A stretch of DNA of 64,000 bases from an uncultured virus (IMG/VR IMGVR_UViG_3300010157_000055) (IMGVR_UViG_3300010157_000055), one strand, 5' to 3'; shown: positions 30,337 to 41,001, counted from the stretch's first letter. Notes: generated from the sequence alone by a model not told the origin. Translations and numbers: made by a program.

Positions 30337-31896
30337 ATGGCACTTGAAAATAATTTTGTCAAGGCACCGTTCCAAGTAGAAAAGTTCACGGACGAAAATG
30401 TCCGTGAACTTGCCTTGTGTGCCCAAGATCCAGTTTACTTTATTGATACCTACTGTTGGGTACAGCATCCAACCAGAGGTAAAGTTCCTTTTAAACTGTT
30501 TGATTATCAACGCGAACTAATCACTTGCTATCATGAAAATCGTTACAGTATCAACATGCTGGGTCGACAGATGGGCAAGACAGCATGTGCCGCGGCATAC
30601 CTAGTATGGCGAGCCATGTTCATGGCAGATCAAACAATTCTTATTGCGGCACACAAGTATGCAGGTGCTCAAGAAATTATGCAACGAGTACGATTTACAT
30701 ACGAAACTCTTCCAACATTTTTAAAAGCTGGAGCAGTCAGTTACAACAAAGGTAGCATTGACTTTGACAACGGCAGTCGTATTGTAAGTGCCACAACAAC
30801 AGAAACAACAGCTCGTGGTATGTCACTGTCATTGATCTATTGTGACGAGTTTGCTTTCGTCAAGCCTAGGATTGCAACTGAGTTCTGGACATCAATCAGT
30901 CCAACATTGTCAACAGGTGGCAAGTGTATTATTACAAGCACACCTAACCAGGATGATGATCAGTTTGCCCGTATTTGGAAAGAAGCAACAAAGAATGTTG
31001 ACGAGTACGGTAATACAAATAACACAGGCATTGGCCGTAACGGATTTGCACACATTAAATTTATTTGGAGCAAGCATCCAGACCGTGATATAGTATGGGC
31101 GCAAGTTGAACGCAGTAAGATTGGAGAAGAACGATTCCTACGCGAACACGAATGTGAATTTATTATTGCTGATGAAACATTGATTCATCCAATGAAGCTT
31201 GTTAGCATGGAAGGCAAAGACCCAAGCAATAAAATGGGTCAGGTTAGAGTTTATAAATTTCCAGAGCGCAATGGATCTTATGTCATTGGATGGGATCCAA
31301 GTTTGGGCACAGGCGGAGATCCGGCCGCTATACAGATCTTCAAGATTCCAGAAATGGAACAGATTGCAGAATGGCAACATAACAAAACAGACATGCAAGG
31401 TCAATTGCGTACACTTGTATCTATTTTAAAATGGCTAAAAGATGAAACAGGCAACAACACAGAATTGTATTGGAGTGTTGAAAACAACACCATTGGCGAA
31501 GCCGCACTTATTAGTATTCGCGAATTTGGTGAAGAAAACATTCCAGGTACATTTGTACAAGAAATACGCAGAGCAGGACAGAGTCGAGGACGCCGCGGAT
31601 TTGCTACCACACACAAGACAAAAATATCAGCATGCATGCGTTTAAAGAACTATGTAGAAGCTGATAAAATGACAATTCGTAGTCATAACTTGCTACGAGA
31701 ACTGAAGAACTTCATTGCTCGTGGAGCCAGCTTTGCCGCAAAAGATGGCGAAACAGATGACTTGGTAATGGCAACATTGCTGGTAATCAGGATAGTAGAA
31801 GTTGTTATGACATGGGATGTTGAAACCTACGAAAAGTTGGTTGATTATGGCTCAGAAGAGATGATGAAGCCCATGCCTATTGGCTTTTTAAACTAA
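30337..31896 (+). CDS. Terminase large subunit (gp17-like)
   Basis: LFDYQ, GRQMGKT, IYCDEFAF, ITSTPN, GWDPSLGTGGD and DDLVMA. Confidence 0.95.
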   Translation: MALENNFVKAPFQVEKFTDENVRELALCAQDPVYFIDTYCWVQHPTRGKVPFKLFDYQRELITCYHENRYSINMLGRQMGKTACAAAYLVWRAMFMADQTILIAAHKYAGAQEIMQRVRFTYETLPTFLKAGAVSYNKGSIDFDNGSRIVSATTTETTARGMSLSLIYCDEFAFVKPRIATEFWTSISPTLSTGGKCIITSTPNQDDDQFARIWKEATKNVDEYGNTNNTGIGRNGFAHIKFIWSKHPDRDIVWAQVERSKIGEERFLREHECEFIIADETLIHPMKLVSMEGKDPSNKMGQVRVYKFPERNGSYVIGWDPSLGTGGDPAAIQIFKIPEMEQIAEWQHNKTDMQGQLRTLVSILKWLKDETGNNTELYWSVENNTIGEAALISIREFGEENIPGTFVQEIRRAGQSRGRRGFATTHKTKISACMRLKNYVEADKMTIRSHNLLRELKNFIARGASFAAKDGETDDLVMATLLVIRIVEVVMTWDVETYEKLVDYGSEEMMKPMPIGFLN

Positions 31897-31904
31897 ATAC
31901 AATT

Positions 31905-32756
31905 ATGGCAACCGAACAAGATCTTTCAAGCGAAATAGCCGCCGCAGTTGCGGGCGTTAGTCACAATGCACACTATACAGATGCAGATGGTGCTGGTACC
32001 CTAAAACAAGCGGATGCTATCTATCAATACCTACCAGAGCAATCAGTTATGGTAATGGTTAATCACGATGAAAATAAAGTTGAAATTTGGTTTGATCCAA
32101 TCAAAACAGATAAAGAATGGTTTGAAGAAACATTCAAACCAACCATAGAGGAAATTGCACACAGGAACTTATACCAACTGGTAATTAGAAGTTATGCTGG
32201 TGATATTACTCCAAAAAAACTGATTCATCGTACAGATGTTGCAGAAAGCCGTAACACTACAAAAACAAGTTACAAGCCATTGGGCGGCACCAAGCTAATT
32301 CTTCGCCACAGCAAACCTGTCACAGAAGAAAAGCCCGGTGCCCGTAGTCGCAACATTGGTGCAATATTTGTAGAGAAGGACGGCGAGCGTTTTCGCTATC
32401 CATACAACCATTTGCTTGGTGCCCGTGTCATGGCACTACATGTTGAGTCTGGTGGCAAGCCTTGGGACGACAACGGTTCTAAGATATTAGAAATTAGTCG
32501 TAGACGCAAGGACATTATGGAATTGCTTCGTTGGAGCAAGCGTCTGGATAACACTCAACAAATTGATGAGATCCGTGAACGAGGACAAGCTGAAGTTGTG
32601 GCACTAAAGCGCACAATGGAAAGAGCGGCCCGTACAGGAGACTTGGTGGGTGTGTTTGAATACCAACTACCACCAAAGGATTCGGTGACTGAGCAATCTA
32701 TGGTCAGCGAAGCAGTTGCTGAATTAGACAACGCACTAAACAAGCTACTAGGTTAA
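31905..32756 (+). CDS. Hypothetical late protein
   Basis: 283 aa; TAAATA 5 nt before the ATG. Confidence 0.7.
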   Translation: MATEQDLSSEIAAAVAGVSHNAHYTDADGAGTLKQADAIYQYLPEQSVMVMVNHDENKVEIWFDPIKTDKEWFEETFKPTIEEIAHRNLYQLVIRSYAGDITPKKLIHRTDVAESRNTTKTSYKPLGGTKLILRHSKPVTEEKPGARSRNIGAIFVEKDGERFRYPYNHLLGARVMALHVESGGKPWDDNGSKILEISRRRKDIMELLRWSKRLDNTQQIDEIRERGQAEVVALKRTMERAARTGDLVGVFEYQLPPKDSVTEQSMVSEAVAELDNALNKLLG

Positions 32757-32760
32757 TTTA

Positions 32761-32782
32761 AAAAGCCCCTTGCGGGGCTTTT
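32761..32782. terminator. Bidirectional terminator between convergent genes
   Basis: AAAAGCCCC-TTGC-GGGGCTTTT. Confidence 0.85.
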
Positions 32783-32808
32783 GTTATACCAGTCTCTCAA
32801 TGCTGATA

Positions 32809-34353
32809 TTAAAGAGTTGTATAACCCCAATTTACAACTTGACTAGTTCCACTATTGTTAGTAATACCAAATGTAAATACATTGGCAGTCGTAGTACTAA
32901 CTACAGCAGTACTAATATTGTTCTGAGTTCCAACAATCTGTGTAGGTATTGCTGTAAGTACCAATGCATTACCGGCTGCATAATACCAACCATAACTACT
33001 GCCTAATACTGGAACATTGGTATTTGTAACAATCACTGTAGCAGTATATGTAACAATACCATTTGGAATATTTCCTCTAACCCATATTGAGTAAGTACCA
33101 TTTATCGGTACTGTGAGACTTACTGTGTTAGCACCTGCTGACAATGTCCAACTACCTGTTGTTTGTGTAGCGACATTCGAAAGTTGACTGCCATCACCTA
33201 CAAATTTAACTGTTGATGCCGTTTGCGTAATACTACCAATTTTTGTGCCAGCCGCATTAAGGAAGTTAATGGCAGTGGTGTTATCATTGGTCGGTTGCAA
33301 AGTCATACCATGTTGGGTACCTGCACCTGCATACTTGACGCCCAATGTTGAGTAATATCCGGTAACTTGTGAGTATCCGCCAAGTAGTGTAGTTCCGCTC
33401 ACAGCCAAGGATGACAGTGTGCCCACTGAAGTTAAACTACTAGCAGTTACACCGCTGGCCAATGTTGTACCAGTTAAATTTGCGGCTGCAACTGGTCCAG
33501 TGGCTCCTGTGTCGCCTTTTGCGCCAGTGGCTCCTGTGTCGCCTTTTGCTCCGGCAGGTCCTGTTGCGCCAGTGGCTCCAGTAGCACCTGTAGCACCTGT
33601 AGCACCTGTAGCCCCTGCGGCACCTGTATCGCCTTTTGGCCCAGCAGTACCTTGTATGCCTTGCGGCCCTTGAGCACCAGCCACACCTGCGGCACCAGTG
33701 TCTCCTTTTGGTCCCGTAGCACCAGCAGGTCCCGTAGCACCAGTGTCTCCTTTTAGGCCCGTAGCCCCTGTATCTCCTTTGAGTCCTTGAGCACCAGCCA
33801 CACCATTTGCACCAGCCACACCATTTGCGCCAGCAGGCCCCGCGGCACCTGTATCACCCTTGATACCTTGTGCGCCTGTATCTCCTTTTGGTCCGCGAGT
33901 ACCTGTATCGCCTTTTACACCTTGAATTCCTTGTGCGCCCGTATCGCCGGTGTTACCTTTTTCCCCTTGTATACCTTGTACACCACGAGCACCTGCCAGC
34001 CCTTGCGGTCCCGGATTCCCTTGAATTCCTCGCGGACCAGCCGGACCCACTGGACCCACTGTTAAAATTGGTGTATTGGTTAAGTCGTTGTAGTCACCAC
34101 TAAACAAGATAGGTTTGTCAATTAGGTCAGCATAAGATCCGCTGGTCGCTACTGTAGCAAATATTGGTTTACCTGTAAGTGTTGTCCAGTTGATAGCACT
34201 GTTACCACCTTGAATCAACTCTCCACCTGGTGTTTCGCCATCGTGATAGTATAACGAACCATCTCTATAGGTAATTTCACCTAATCGTCCTGGATGTTCT
34301 GCCGGGTTACCAACATCATTTACCTTATAGCTAAAAAATTTACGAAACGTCAT
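32809..34353 (-). CDS. Collagen triple-helix repeat protein (fibre-like)
   Basis: Long uninterrupted G-X-Y run ([24 protein letters not shown]); AAGGA RBS; minus-strand TAAATA at 34391-34396. Confidence 0.9.
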   Translation of the reverse strand: MTFRKFFSYKVNDVGNPAEHPGRLGEITYRDGSLYYHDGETPGGELIQGGNSAINWTTLTGKPIFATVATSGSYADLIDKPILFSGDYNDLTNTPILTVGPVGPAGPRGIQGNPGPQGLAGARGVQGIQGEKGNTGDTGAQGIQGVKGDTGTRGPKGDTGAQGIKGDTGAAGPAGANGVAGANGVAGAQGLKGDTGATGLKGDTGATGPAGATGPKGDTGAAGVAGAQGPQGIQGTAGPKGDTGAAGATGATGATGATGATGATGPAGAKGDTGATGAKGDTGATGPVAAANLTGTTLASGVTASSLTSVGTLSSLAVSGTTLLGGYSQVTGYYSTLGVKYAGAGTQHGMTLQPTNDNTTAINFLNAAGTKIGSITQTASTVKFVGDGSQLSNVATQTTGSWTLSAGANTVSLTVPINGTYSIWVRGNIPNGIVTYTATVIVTNTNVPVLGSSYGWYYAAGNALVLTAIPTQIVGTQNNISTAVVSTTTANVFTFGITNNSGTSQVVNWGYTTL

Positions 34354-34555
34354 TTAAAATCCTTCAATGCCAAAAAATTGGGCTTTGGGTTATTTACCAA
34401 TTTGTCCAAAATGGCAAAAATAGATTGATTTGGCTATTGCTCTTTGACTGCAATCATAAGTATAATACAACACATGCCCAAACAATTGAAGCGTGTGTTG
34501 TTTGACCCATTAGGGTCTAACACTAATATTGGCTAATACATAAAGGAAATTTATC

Positions 34556-35539
34556 ATGGCATCTTTAGCAGAAATCCGCGCTCGCTTAGCCGAGCAAGCA
34601 CAAAAGTCTGGTGGTTCTAATACCAGCACCGGTGATAACGCAATTTACGCACACTGGAACATCCCCGAAGGCACATCCGCATCAATGCGTTTTCTCCCAG
34701 ATGGAGATGACACTAATACATTCTTCTGGCGTGAGCGTCAGATGATTCGTATTCCGTTCAGCGGAGTAGCAGGTCAGGACGAAACTAAGAAAGTTGTTGT
34801 ACAAGTACCTTGCGTTGAAATGTGGGGTGAGACTTGTCCAGTTCATGCTACCATTCGTCCTTGGTTCAAGGACCCTAACCTAGAAAAACTAGGTCGTACA
34901 TACTGGAAGAAACGCAGTTATGTGTTCCAAGGCTTTGTTGTCAACAGCCCAATGGAAGAACAAAGCACACCGGAAAATCCAGTACGCCGATTCATCATCA
35001 GCCCACAGATTTTTACAATCATCAAGCAAGCACTGATGGATCCTGACATGGAAGAATTGCCAACTGATTATCAGCGTGGCACAGACTTCCGTCTTAACAA
35101 AACCCAAAAGGGCGGATACGCAGACTACTCAACAAGCGGTTGGGCCCGTAAAGAGCGTGGCTTAAACGAAACTGAACTGCAAGCAATTGCACAACATGGT
35201 TTGTTTAATCTCAACGACTTTATGCCCAAGCGTCCAGGTGTTGACGAAGTCCGTGCCATCATGGAAATGTTTGAAGCGTCAGTTGATGGTCAGTTGTATG
35301 ATCCCAACAAGTGGAGCAAGTTCTATCGTCCAAGTGGCGTTCAGATTGTTGGCGCCACAGGAGCAGTGGCTGATGCAGATGAAGATACACCTGCACCTGC
35401 TGTCAGCAAGCCTGCACCAGCACCGATGGCAAGTTCAGCACCTGCTCAAACAACTGCAACAGCACCATCCGATAGTGGAACAGCTAAGCCAAGCGTTGAC
35501 GACATCCTTAAGATGATTCGTAACCGTAGCACAACTTAA
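34556..35539 (+). CDS. Single-stranded DNA-binding protein (gp32-like)
   Basis: RFLPD, C..MWGE.CPV, YWKKRSY, G.DF.L.K..KGGYADYSTS; lies before UvsX. Confidence 0.85.
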   Translation: MASLAEIRARLAEQAQKSGGSNTSTGDNAIYAHWNIPEGTSASMRFLPDGDDTNTFFWRERQMIRIPFSGVAGQDETKKVVVQVPCVEMWGETCPVHATIRPWFKDPNLEKLGRTYWKKRSYVFQGFVVNSPMEEQSTPENPVRRFIISPQIFTIIKQALMDPDMEELPTDYQRGTDFRLNKTQKGGYADYSTSGWARKERGLNETELQAIAQHGLFNLNDFMPKRPGVDEVRAIMEMFEASVDGQLYDPNKWSKFYRPSGVQIVGATGAVADADEDTPAPAVSKPAPAPMASSAPAQTTATAPSDSGTAKPSVDDILKMIRNRSTT

Positions 35540-35546
35540 TTGCTGA

Positions 35547-35573
35547 AAGAGGGTAGAGCGATTCTACCCTCTT
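35547..35573 (+). other. Intergenic 11-bp hairpin (weak terminator or mRNA stabiliser)
   Basis: AAGAGGGTAGA-GCGAT-TCTACCCTCTT. Confidence 0.6.
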
Positions 35574-35593
35574 AATTTCTACTAGAGGATAAC

Positions 35594-36688
35594 ATGGCGC
35601 AAAAAGCATTTGACGTTTCTAAGTTTCGTAAAAACTTAACCAAAGCCATTCCAGCAATGAGCTCTGGCTTTAACGATCCGCGAGATTGGATCAGTACAGG
35701 CAATCATACACTTAACTATTTGATGACTGGCGACTTTGGTCGTGGCATTCCACTTGGTAAGGTTACTATGTTTGCTGGTGAATCCGGTTCGGGCAAAAGT
35801 TATATCTGTTCGGGCAACCTGGTTCGACATGCACAAAAGCTGGATATACTTCCAGTTATACTAGACAGTGAAAACGCACTGGATGAAGACTGGTTACGGT
35901 CATTGGGCATTGATACTGCACCGGACAAGTTGATGCGCTTTGGTGTATCAATGATTGATGAAGTGGCAAAGTTTATTTCTGAGTTCATGAAAGAATACAA
36001 AGAGGCCTACGCAGATCTTCCATACGAAGAACAAAAGAAGGTATTGTTTGTAATCGATTCTGTTGGTATGTTGTTGACTCCAACAGACATTAACCAGTTT
36101 GAAGCAGGTGATATGAAAGGTGACATGGGTCGTAAGGCCAAGGCATTGACAGCTCTTATTAAGAATACTGTTAATCGTATTGCTCCGCATCCAGTTGGCT
36201 TGGTAGTTACCAACCATACATACGCAAGCCAAGACATGTTTGACCCCGATGACAAAATCACTGGTGGATCAGGCTTTGTTTACGCCAGCTCAATGGTGGT
36301 GGCCATGAAAAAGCTCAAACTTAAAACGGATGCTGATGGCAACAAGACCACTACAGTAAATGGTATTCGTGCCGCTTGTAAGATTATGAAAACACGCTAT
36401 TCAAAACCCTTTGAAAGTGTGCAAGTAGAAATTCCGTGGACAACTGGTATGGATCCATACAGCGGCCTGGTAGACTTGTTTGAAGCTCGTGGCTGGCTCA
36501 AGAAAGAAGGCAACAAACTGGTGTATACCACATTGGATGGTGAGATTATTAAAGAATTCCGTAAAGGTTACTCCGATGGAATTTTAGATAAGATCATGAC
36601 AGACATTGTGGCCCGTGGTACAGACTTGGCTTACCAAGGCGCTATTAGCCCCAATGGCGAAATAGACGCAGAAGTAGCCGAGGCCTAA
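35594..36688 (+). CDS. uvsX: RecA-like recombinase
   Basis: ISTG..LNY..TG...GIPLGK, AGESGSGKS, DSENA, VIDSVG and TGGSG..YASS. Confidence 0.92.
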   Translation: MAQKAFDVSKFRKNLTKAIPAMSSGFNDPRDWISTGNHTLNYLMTGDFGRGIPLGKVTMFAGESGSGKSYICSGNLVRHAQKLDILPVILDSENALDEDWLRSLGIDTAPDKLMRFGVSMIDEVAKFISEFMKEYKEAYADLPYEEQKKVLFVIDSVGMLLTPTDINQFEAGDMKGDMGRKAKALTALIKNTVNRIAPHPVGLVVTNHTYASQDMFDPDDKITGGSGFVYASSMVVAMKKLKLKTDADGNKTTTVNGIRAACKIMKTRYSKPFESVQVEIPWTTGMDPYSGLVDLFEARGWLKKEGNKLVYTTLDGEIIKEFRKGYSDGILDKIMTDIVARGTDLAYQGAISPNGEIDAEVAEA

Positions 36689-36690
36689 CA

Positions 36691-37074
36691 ATGGCTGACA
36701 ACCATGATGAATGGTTGCAGGAACAAGGAGTAAGGGTCATTGAAAAGCGACCCTTACGCCGTGCATTGTTCCAGCCGTTTTCTTTTAGAGAATCGCCTGA
36801 CATTGACACAGCAATTACATACAGTGACTATGAAGAGCATCTTTATAAAATTGAAGTAACAGGTGCAATGCTTAAAAAATGGCAGATGTGTGAGGCCAGA
36901 CTGGATCATGTAATTAGATATGCAGACAAACAGGATACTTCTCCAACAAGTTTTTACCTTGACAACAGAGCCAAGCACCAAGATATGTTGGTAAACAATC
37001 CCATGTACCGAGAAGCCTGGAAAGAGTTTCAATCCATTCGTGCCTTGCTTGGACAAGATACCTATTGGCCTTGA
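36691..37074 (+). CDS. Hypothetical protein
   Basis: 127 aa in the operon. Confidence 0.6.
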   Translation: MADNHDEWLQEQGVRVIEKRPLRRALFQPFSFRESPDIDTAITYSDYEEHLYKIEVTGAMLKKWQMCEARLDHVIRYADKQDTSPTSFYLDNRAKHQDMLVNNPMYREAWKEFQSIRALLGQDTYWP

Positions 37075-37098
37075 CAACATTTTATGTTATAATATGCT

Positions 37099-37311
37099 AT
37101 GCTGATAAAAACTTTGATCGAACAGCTTCAAACATTGTATGAAAAAGAAATGATTCATGCTGATGTTATGGGTGAACCAGAAATCATGATTGACTGTTTT
37201 AAACGAGTTGAGCAAGGCGTATTTCAGTATGCTGGCTTTAGCAACCAAGTGAGGATTGAAAGAAGCGCAGATGGAGTGTACGCAATACTAAGTGGGTTTG
37301 TAGATGATTAA
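37099..37311 (+). CDS. Hypothetical protein
   Basis: Extended -10 TGTTATAAT ends 5 nt before the ATG. Confidence 0.6.
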   Translation: MLIKTLIEQLQTLYEKEMIHADVMGEPEIMIDCFKRVEQGVFQYAGFSNQVRIERSADGVYAILSGFVDD

Positions 37312-37762
37312 AAAATTAATGCAACAACTTGGACGACACAGAATTATTTTAGATCGTCGAAGCAGTGAACCGTTGTTGGAACGCTACTATGTGTTTCTTC
37401 GAGATCGTACCTGGTTTCCATTCAACATCTTTGTGCATAAGTTTTGCAAAAGTGATCCAGATGATGTGCATGATCATCCGTGGCCGTATTTTACATTGAT
37501 TCTAAAAGGTGGATACTATGAATGGATTCCGCAATTTGACAAACACGGCAACAAGTTTGGTGAAATGGCACATTGGAGAAAACCTGGTCACTTTAGAATC
37601 TGTAGCAGTAGGTCTTATCATCGTATCGAGCTTGATCCAGACGTCATATGTTGGTCATTGTTCGTGCCTGGACCAAAGCAAAGAGAATGGGGATTCCTAG
37701 TTAAGAATAAATGGATTCACAATGAAGAATACCTTTCACAAATGGCAAAACAAAACAACTGA
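37304..37762 (+). CDS. Cupin-fold protein
   Basis: H...SD...HDHPW....LILKGGY.E and a downstream HRIEL. Confidence 0.7.
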   Translation: MIKKLMQQLGRHRIILDRRSSEPLLERYYVFLRDRTWFPFNIFVHKFCKSDPDDVHDHPWPYFTLILKGGYYEWIPQFDKHGNKFGEMAHWRKPGHFRICSSRSYHRIELDPDVICWSLFVPGPKQREWGFLVKNKWIHNEEYLSQMAKQNN

Positions 37763-37816
37763 TGCGACTAAGTATCGCAGTATCAAAACGATACACTTTT
37801 TGGAGAATTAATTAGC

Positions 37817-38053
37817 ATGACAGAATCCGGAGAAATGTTAGCCGAAACATGGCTGGCTCTTAAACCTTACATTGATAAAAAAGAAAGACAAGATGCGGCT
37901 CTGGCCTTTTTAAGAGTGGCGGAAAATTTTGTAGACTTAGAAGGTTGCCGTAAAGATGCAAAAGGATCAGACTCTGCATTGGATAATGCATTTGCAGAAA
38001 TTCTAGGCGAGGATGAAGAATCTGAACAAGATGATGACGAAGAGGAATATTGA
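37817..38053 (+). CDS. Small acidic protein
   Basis: GGAG RBS; acidic tail; coupled to uvsY. Confidence 0.65.
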   Translation: MTESGEMLAETWLALKPYIDKKERQDAALAFLRVAENFVDLEGCRKDAKGSDSALDNAFAEILGEDEESEQDDDEEEY

Positions 38054-38514
38054 TGAGTCAATGGTATAGAAAAGTAGCCGGTGATATTGGTCAGTTACCT
38101 GACTGTATTGCCTACTTTGAAAACCAATTGGCCGAAGCTCGTGCTGAATTAAAAATGTCTGGTAGCCTAGAGCGAGCCAGTAGAGATATGCCAGGTATTG
38201 TAGAATTTCGTTTCAATCAGCTACAAGAGATAGAAGCAATACTTGAGCATCTCAATATTGAATTAAGAAAACTCCGTAGTGCCAAGTTCCGACAATTTAC
38301 AGAACACTACAATCGCGCACTGACCAGTCGCGATGCTGAAAAGTATGTAGACGGCGAACCCGAAGTGTCTGACATGGACAGTATTGTCAATGAGTTTGCA
38401 TTGGTCAGGAACAAGTATCTGGGTCTAATAAAAGGCATTGACATCAAGCAATGGCAATTGAGCAATGTGATCAAGCTTCGTGTAGCAGGCATGGAAGATG
38501 CAGAGTTAAGTTAG
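38050..38514 (+). CDS. uvsY: Recombination mediator (UvsY-like)
   Basis: Helical protein with ..D...YVDGE..V..KG.D.K.WQL.N..KLR.AG. Confidence 0.75.
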   Translation: MMSQWYRKVAGDIGQLPDCIAYFENQLAEARAELKMSGSLERASRDMPGIVEFRFNQLQEIEAILEHLNIELRKLRSAKFRQFTEHYNRALTSRDAEKYVDGEPEVSDMDSIVNEFALVRNKYLGLIKGIDIKQWQLSNVIKLRVAGMEDAELS

Positions 38515-38590
38515 TGCGTACTAACTAAAAAACAGCAAAAAGTGCAAAAATCCCACACTTTTTAAGCTGATAATGTAAAAACTCCAACAA

Positions 38591-38758
38591 AATCAATGAC
38601 TTATAGCACCAGAAAGTGCAATAAAAAGGTTGACCTTTGGGCCTAGCTAGCATATAATACATACATGATGCAGAAAAACACTACTAAAACAACCCGTGTT
38701 GCAAAAATGCAACAAAGCAAAAAAAGAGGTTGCAAAGTAGTCTGTTTTGTAGCATAAT
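38591..38758 (+). promoter_or_regulatory. Tandem sigma70 promoters with an IHF-consensus site and a palindromic operator
   Basis: AATCAATGACTTA (38591-603); TTGACC-N17-TATAAT (38630-658); TGTTGCA-AAAA-TGCAACA (38697-714); TTGCAA-N17-CATAAT (38730-758). Confidence 0.75.
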
Positions 38759-38798
38759 AGAGTTTGTGTTTAATCATTCCACGCAAAGGAACCCAAAA

Positions 38799-39857
38799 AT
38801 GTCAGCATACATTACAATCAAGAACGGTACATACCGTAGCTTCAACATTAACAATCAGACTTTCCAGTTGATTGCAGATTACAAAGAAGGCACCAAAGGT
38901 GGCTATGTTACTGTACTAGGTGACGAGAGCCTTGGTGAGTTTGCAGGCCGCGAAGTGCGTATTAAAGTGGCATCTATGCGAGATGTTGAGCCAGCCAGTG
39001 CCGCGGATTGCGCCACAACCAGCATTGAAGCTAACTACGATGCACCCAAGCGTAAAGAAAAGCCAATGCAATTAGAAACAGACGAACAAGCAATTACCCG
39101 TATCCGTGAGCGTTTTGACATTTTGGAAGAAATGACAGAAGGCGCTGTTGACGGCTCAGTCCGTGCAATGATTGTTGTTGGCCCTCCAGGAGTTGGCAAG
39201 AGCTTTGGTGTTGAGAAAGTTCTCAACAAGGCCGCAATGTTTGACAAGATTGGTGGCAAGCGTCCTCGCTACGAAGTGGTCAAAGGTGCAATGAGCGCCA
39301 TTGGTTTGTATTGCAAACTATATCAGTTCAGCGACGAAGGCAATGTCTTAGTGTTTGACGACTGTGACAGCATCTTGCTTGACGACTTGAGCTTGAACAT
39401 TTTGAAAGCCGCTTTGGATACTAGCAAGAAGCGTACTATTTCTTGGAACACTGACAGCCGTATGCTTCGTGCAGAAGGCGTGCCAGACAAGTTTGACTTC
39501 AAAGGTAGTGCAATTTTCATTACCAACATTAAGTTTGAGCATGTTAGGTCTGCCAAACTCAAGGATCACTTGACAGCATTGGAGAGCCGTTGTCACTATC
39601 TGGACTTGACAATGGATACCACCCGTGACAAAATGTTGCGTATCAAACAGATCACCATGGATGGTATGTTGGATGCGTATGATTTTGAAGAAGGTGCCAC
39701 TAAAGAAATTTATGAGTATGTTGACACTAACAAGGACCGCTTGCGCGAGTTGAGCTTGCGTAGTGTTATCAAGATTGCAGACTTGAAGAAGATGTCAGGC
39801 GCTGGCGATCGTTGGAAGCGTTTGGCAGAAACTACAGTAATGAAGCGAGCAGAATAA
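38799..39857 (+). CDS. AAA+/P-loop ATPase
   Basis: Walker A GPPGVGKS, Walker B VLVFDDCD, FITN and an SRC arginine finger; AAGGA RBS before ATG 38799. Confidence 0.85.
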   Translation: MSAYITIKNGTYRSFNINNQTFQLIADYKEGTKGGYVTVLGDESLGEFAGREVRIKVASMRDVEPASAADCATTSIEANYDAPKRKEKPMQLETDEQAITRIRERFDILEEMTEGAVDGSVRAMIVVGPPGVGKSFGVEKVLNKAAMFDKIGGKRPRYEVVKGAMSAIGLYCKLYQFSDEGNVLVFDDCDSILLDDLSLNILKAALDTSKKRTISWNTDSRMLRAEGVPDKFDFKGSAIFITNIKFEHVRSAKLKDHLTALESRCHYLDLTMDTTRDKMLRIKQITMDGMLDAYDFEEGATKEIYEYVDTNKDRLRELSLRSVIKIADLKKMSGAGDRWKRLAETTVMKRAE

Positions 39858-39907
39858 CAGCTGAAGTTACCGGGAGGCATCGTGTCTCCCGTATTTAGGA
39901 ATATGAT

Positions 39908-40954
39908 ATGCGTAAACTAGCAACCATACGAACGATAGACGAAATCCGGGCAATCCCAAATGCCGACGCAATTGAATGTGCAGTGGTAGGCGGCTGGACT
40001 GTGGTTATTAAAAAGGGCGAATTTAAAGTAGGCGAAGCGGCTGTCTATTGTGAAATTGACAGTTGGATTCCTACAGCACTTGCCCCATTCCTCAGCAAAG
40101 GTCAAGAGCCTCGGATATACGATGGCATTCCGGGTGAGCGTCTGCGTACAGTAAAACTTCGCGGACAGTTGAGTCAAGGCTTGCTTCTTAGGTATTGGGA
40201 TTTTCCCAAAGTGGTAGAGGAATTTCATAAGACTCGCTTGGCATCTGATGAGCCGTTTGATGTTACTGAAATTTTAGGCGTTGTAAAATACGAACCTCCT
40301 GTACCAGCACACTTGGCAGGTGAGGTGCGTGGTCTGTTTCCAACATTTATTCCAAAGACAGATCAAGAGCGTGTTCAAAATCTAAGCACAGAGTTTGCAC
40401 AATGGCAGGCTGACCAAGTCAAGTGGGAAGTAACCGAGAAGCTGGATGGCTCGTCAATGACAGTATATGTCAATGGTGATGATCATGGAGTATGTAGTCG
40501 CAACTTGAACCTTAAGGATACAGAAGGCAATACACTTTGGAAAGTGGCACATCGTGATCAAATCATTTCTGCCATTGCCGAAAGCGGTCGCAATCTTGCG
40601 GTGCAAGGTGAAATTGTAGGTGAAGGCATTCAGGGCAATCCTTACAAGATTAAAGGTCAAAGTTTTTACACATTTGACATTTATGACATTGATGCCAGGC
40701 GCTATTTCAATCCAACGGAGCGGAATGAGTTTTGTGAGCTGTATCAACTGTTGCATGTACCCGTGGTGGCATTTAAAGCTGAGCCATATGATACATTGGG
40801 CATTGTGACCATTGCTGACATGTTGAAATTTGCAGAAGGCAAAAGTGACCTTAATGCTCAAACGGAAAGAGAAGGTGTCGTGTTTAAAGCACACTCACTT
40901 GATCAATCCTTTAAGGCCATCAGCAACAGGTTCTTGTTGAAAAGCAAGGATTAA
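39908..40954 (+). CDS. ATP-dependent RNA ligase (DRB0094/Rnl2-related family)
   Basis: MRKLATI..I..I..ADAIE N-domain, PKTDQER, TEKLDGSS, QGEIVG, FDI, EGVVFK and FKAISN.FLLK. Confidence 0.92.
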   Translation: MRKLATIRTIDEIRAIPNADAIECAVVGGWTVVIKKGEFKVGEAAVYCEIDSWIPTALAPFLSKGQEPRIYDGIPGERLRTVKLRGQLSQGLLLRYWDFPKVVEEFHKTRLASDEPFDVTEILGVVKYEPPVPAHLAGEVRGLFPTFIPKTDQERVQNLSTEFAQWQADQVKWEVTEKLDGSSMTVYVNGDDHGVCSRNLNLKDTEGNTLWKVAHRDQIISAIAESGRNLAVQGEIVGEGIQGNPYKIKGQSFYTFDIYDIDARRYFNPTERNEFCELYQLLHVPVVAFKAEPYDTLGIVTIADMLKFAEGKSDLNAQTEREGVVFKAHSLDQSFKAISNRFLLKSKD

Positions 40955-41001
40955 GTTCAACACCGACAGCTGACTATTTGCGTGGAATGTGGTCGGTGGG
41001 G

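Noticed and set aside
34467..34504. T4 gene-32-type autoregulatory pseudoknot
   Set aside because: Complementary segments exist (34467-77 with 34491-501, and 34479-85 with 34498-504), but they overlap and the connecting loop is too short for a classic H-type pseudoknot. Competing hairpins remain possible.
40961..40998. Separate ncRNA after the RNA ligase gene
   Set aside because: Only a 7-bp stem (CACCGAC/GTCGGTG) precedes the terminator, with no promoter or family signature.
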